64,000 bases of DNA, from contig JAFODP010000004.1 of NCBI GenBank assembly GCA_017380635.1, forward strand, positions 22,828 through 86,827, given 5' to 3'. The stretch comes from Bacteroidales bacterium. Lineage in GTDB: Bacteria > Bacteroidota > Bacteroidia > Bacteroidales > UBA1402. Made by a program: the position numbers and the translations under genes. Each line of letters starts with the position of its first letter. Positions within the stretch are counted from its first letter, which is position 1. The notes under the pieces are model-generated. The model did no database searches. It saw only the letters and a program-made list of their open reading frames with translations, and was not told the DNA's origin. Shown here in pieces: positions 63,951-64,000 of this stretch.

Positions 63951-64000
63951 TTTTATTTCATTCTAAGTTTAAGTCCGGCAATGATAGTGCCCGGATGTAA

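Overview
This 64-kb chromosomal window looks Bacteroidales (Prevotellaceae- or Bacteroidaceae-like). Evidence: type IX secretion C-terminal sorting domains, a UpxY-led capsule locus, TAnnTTTG -7 promoter boxes, and a roughly 50% GC backbone judged by eye. Contents from left to right:
- Scattered pectin enzymes (CE8 pectinesterase, a PL1 pectate lyase-GH105 fusion, GH28) mixed with redox and housekeeping genes.
- A tightly packed six-gene operon at 11.1-19.4 kb in which every product has a signal peptide or membrane anchor. It contains a TPR-caspase (C14), a beta-propeller/OmpA-like protein, a transglutaminase-like protein, a DUF4384 protein and a SIMPL protein.
- Ferritin, threonine aldolase and CstA.
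- A low-GC islet with SatD (cyclase-like domain plus HTH), DUF3307 and a J-domain membrane protein.
- UDP-glucuronate 4-epimerase next to a galacturonokinase-like GHMP kinase.
- A second islet with a DinD/Bro-N remnant, a TM-anchored KAP NTPase and a mini GIY-YIG protein.
- A roughly 20-kb capsular polysaccharide locus on the minus strand (upxY, wza, wzc ... wzx, wzy, glycosyltransferases, initiating transferase, aminotransferase).
- MATE and MFS transporters, an Omp85-like barrel, an MnmD-type methyltransferase, an OFA-type MFS next to formate-THF ligase, an acyl-CoA ligase and an acyl-ACP thioesterase.
The AT-rich centre of the capsule locus carries a four-gene cassette: a Panacea/DUF4065 antitoxin-like protein, a 142-aa unknown, a 3-TM protein and a TIR-like (DUF1863/ThsB-like) protein. 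I consider this the best candidate for an undescribed defence or conflict module. I saw no rRNA, tRNA, CRISPR array, integrase or transposase. All family calls come from motif recognition by eye; no database search, HMM scan or folding program was run.
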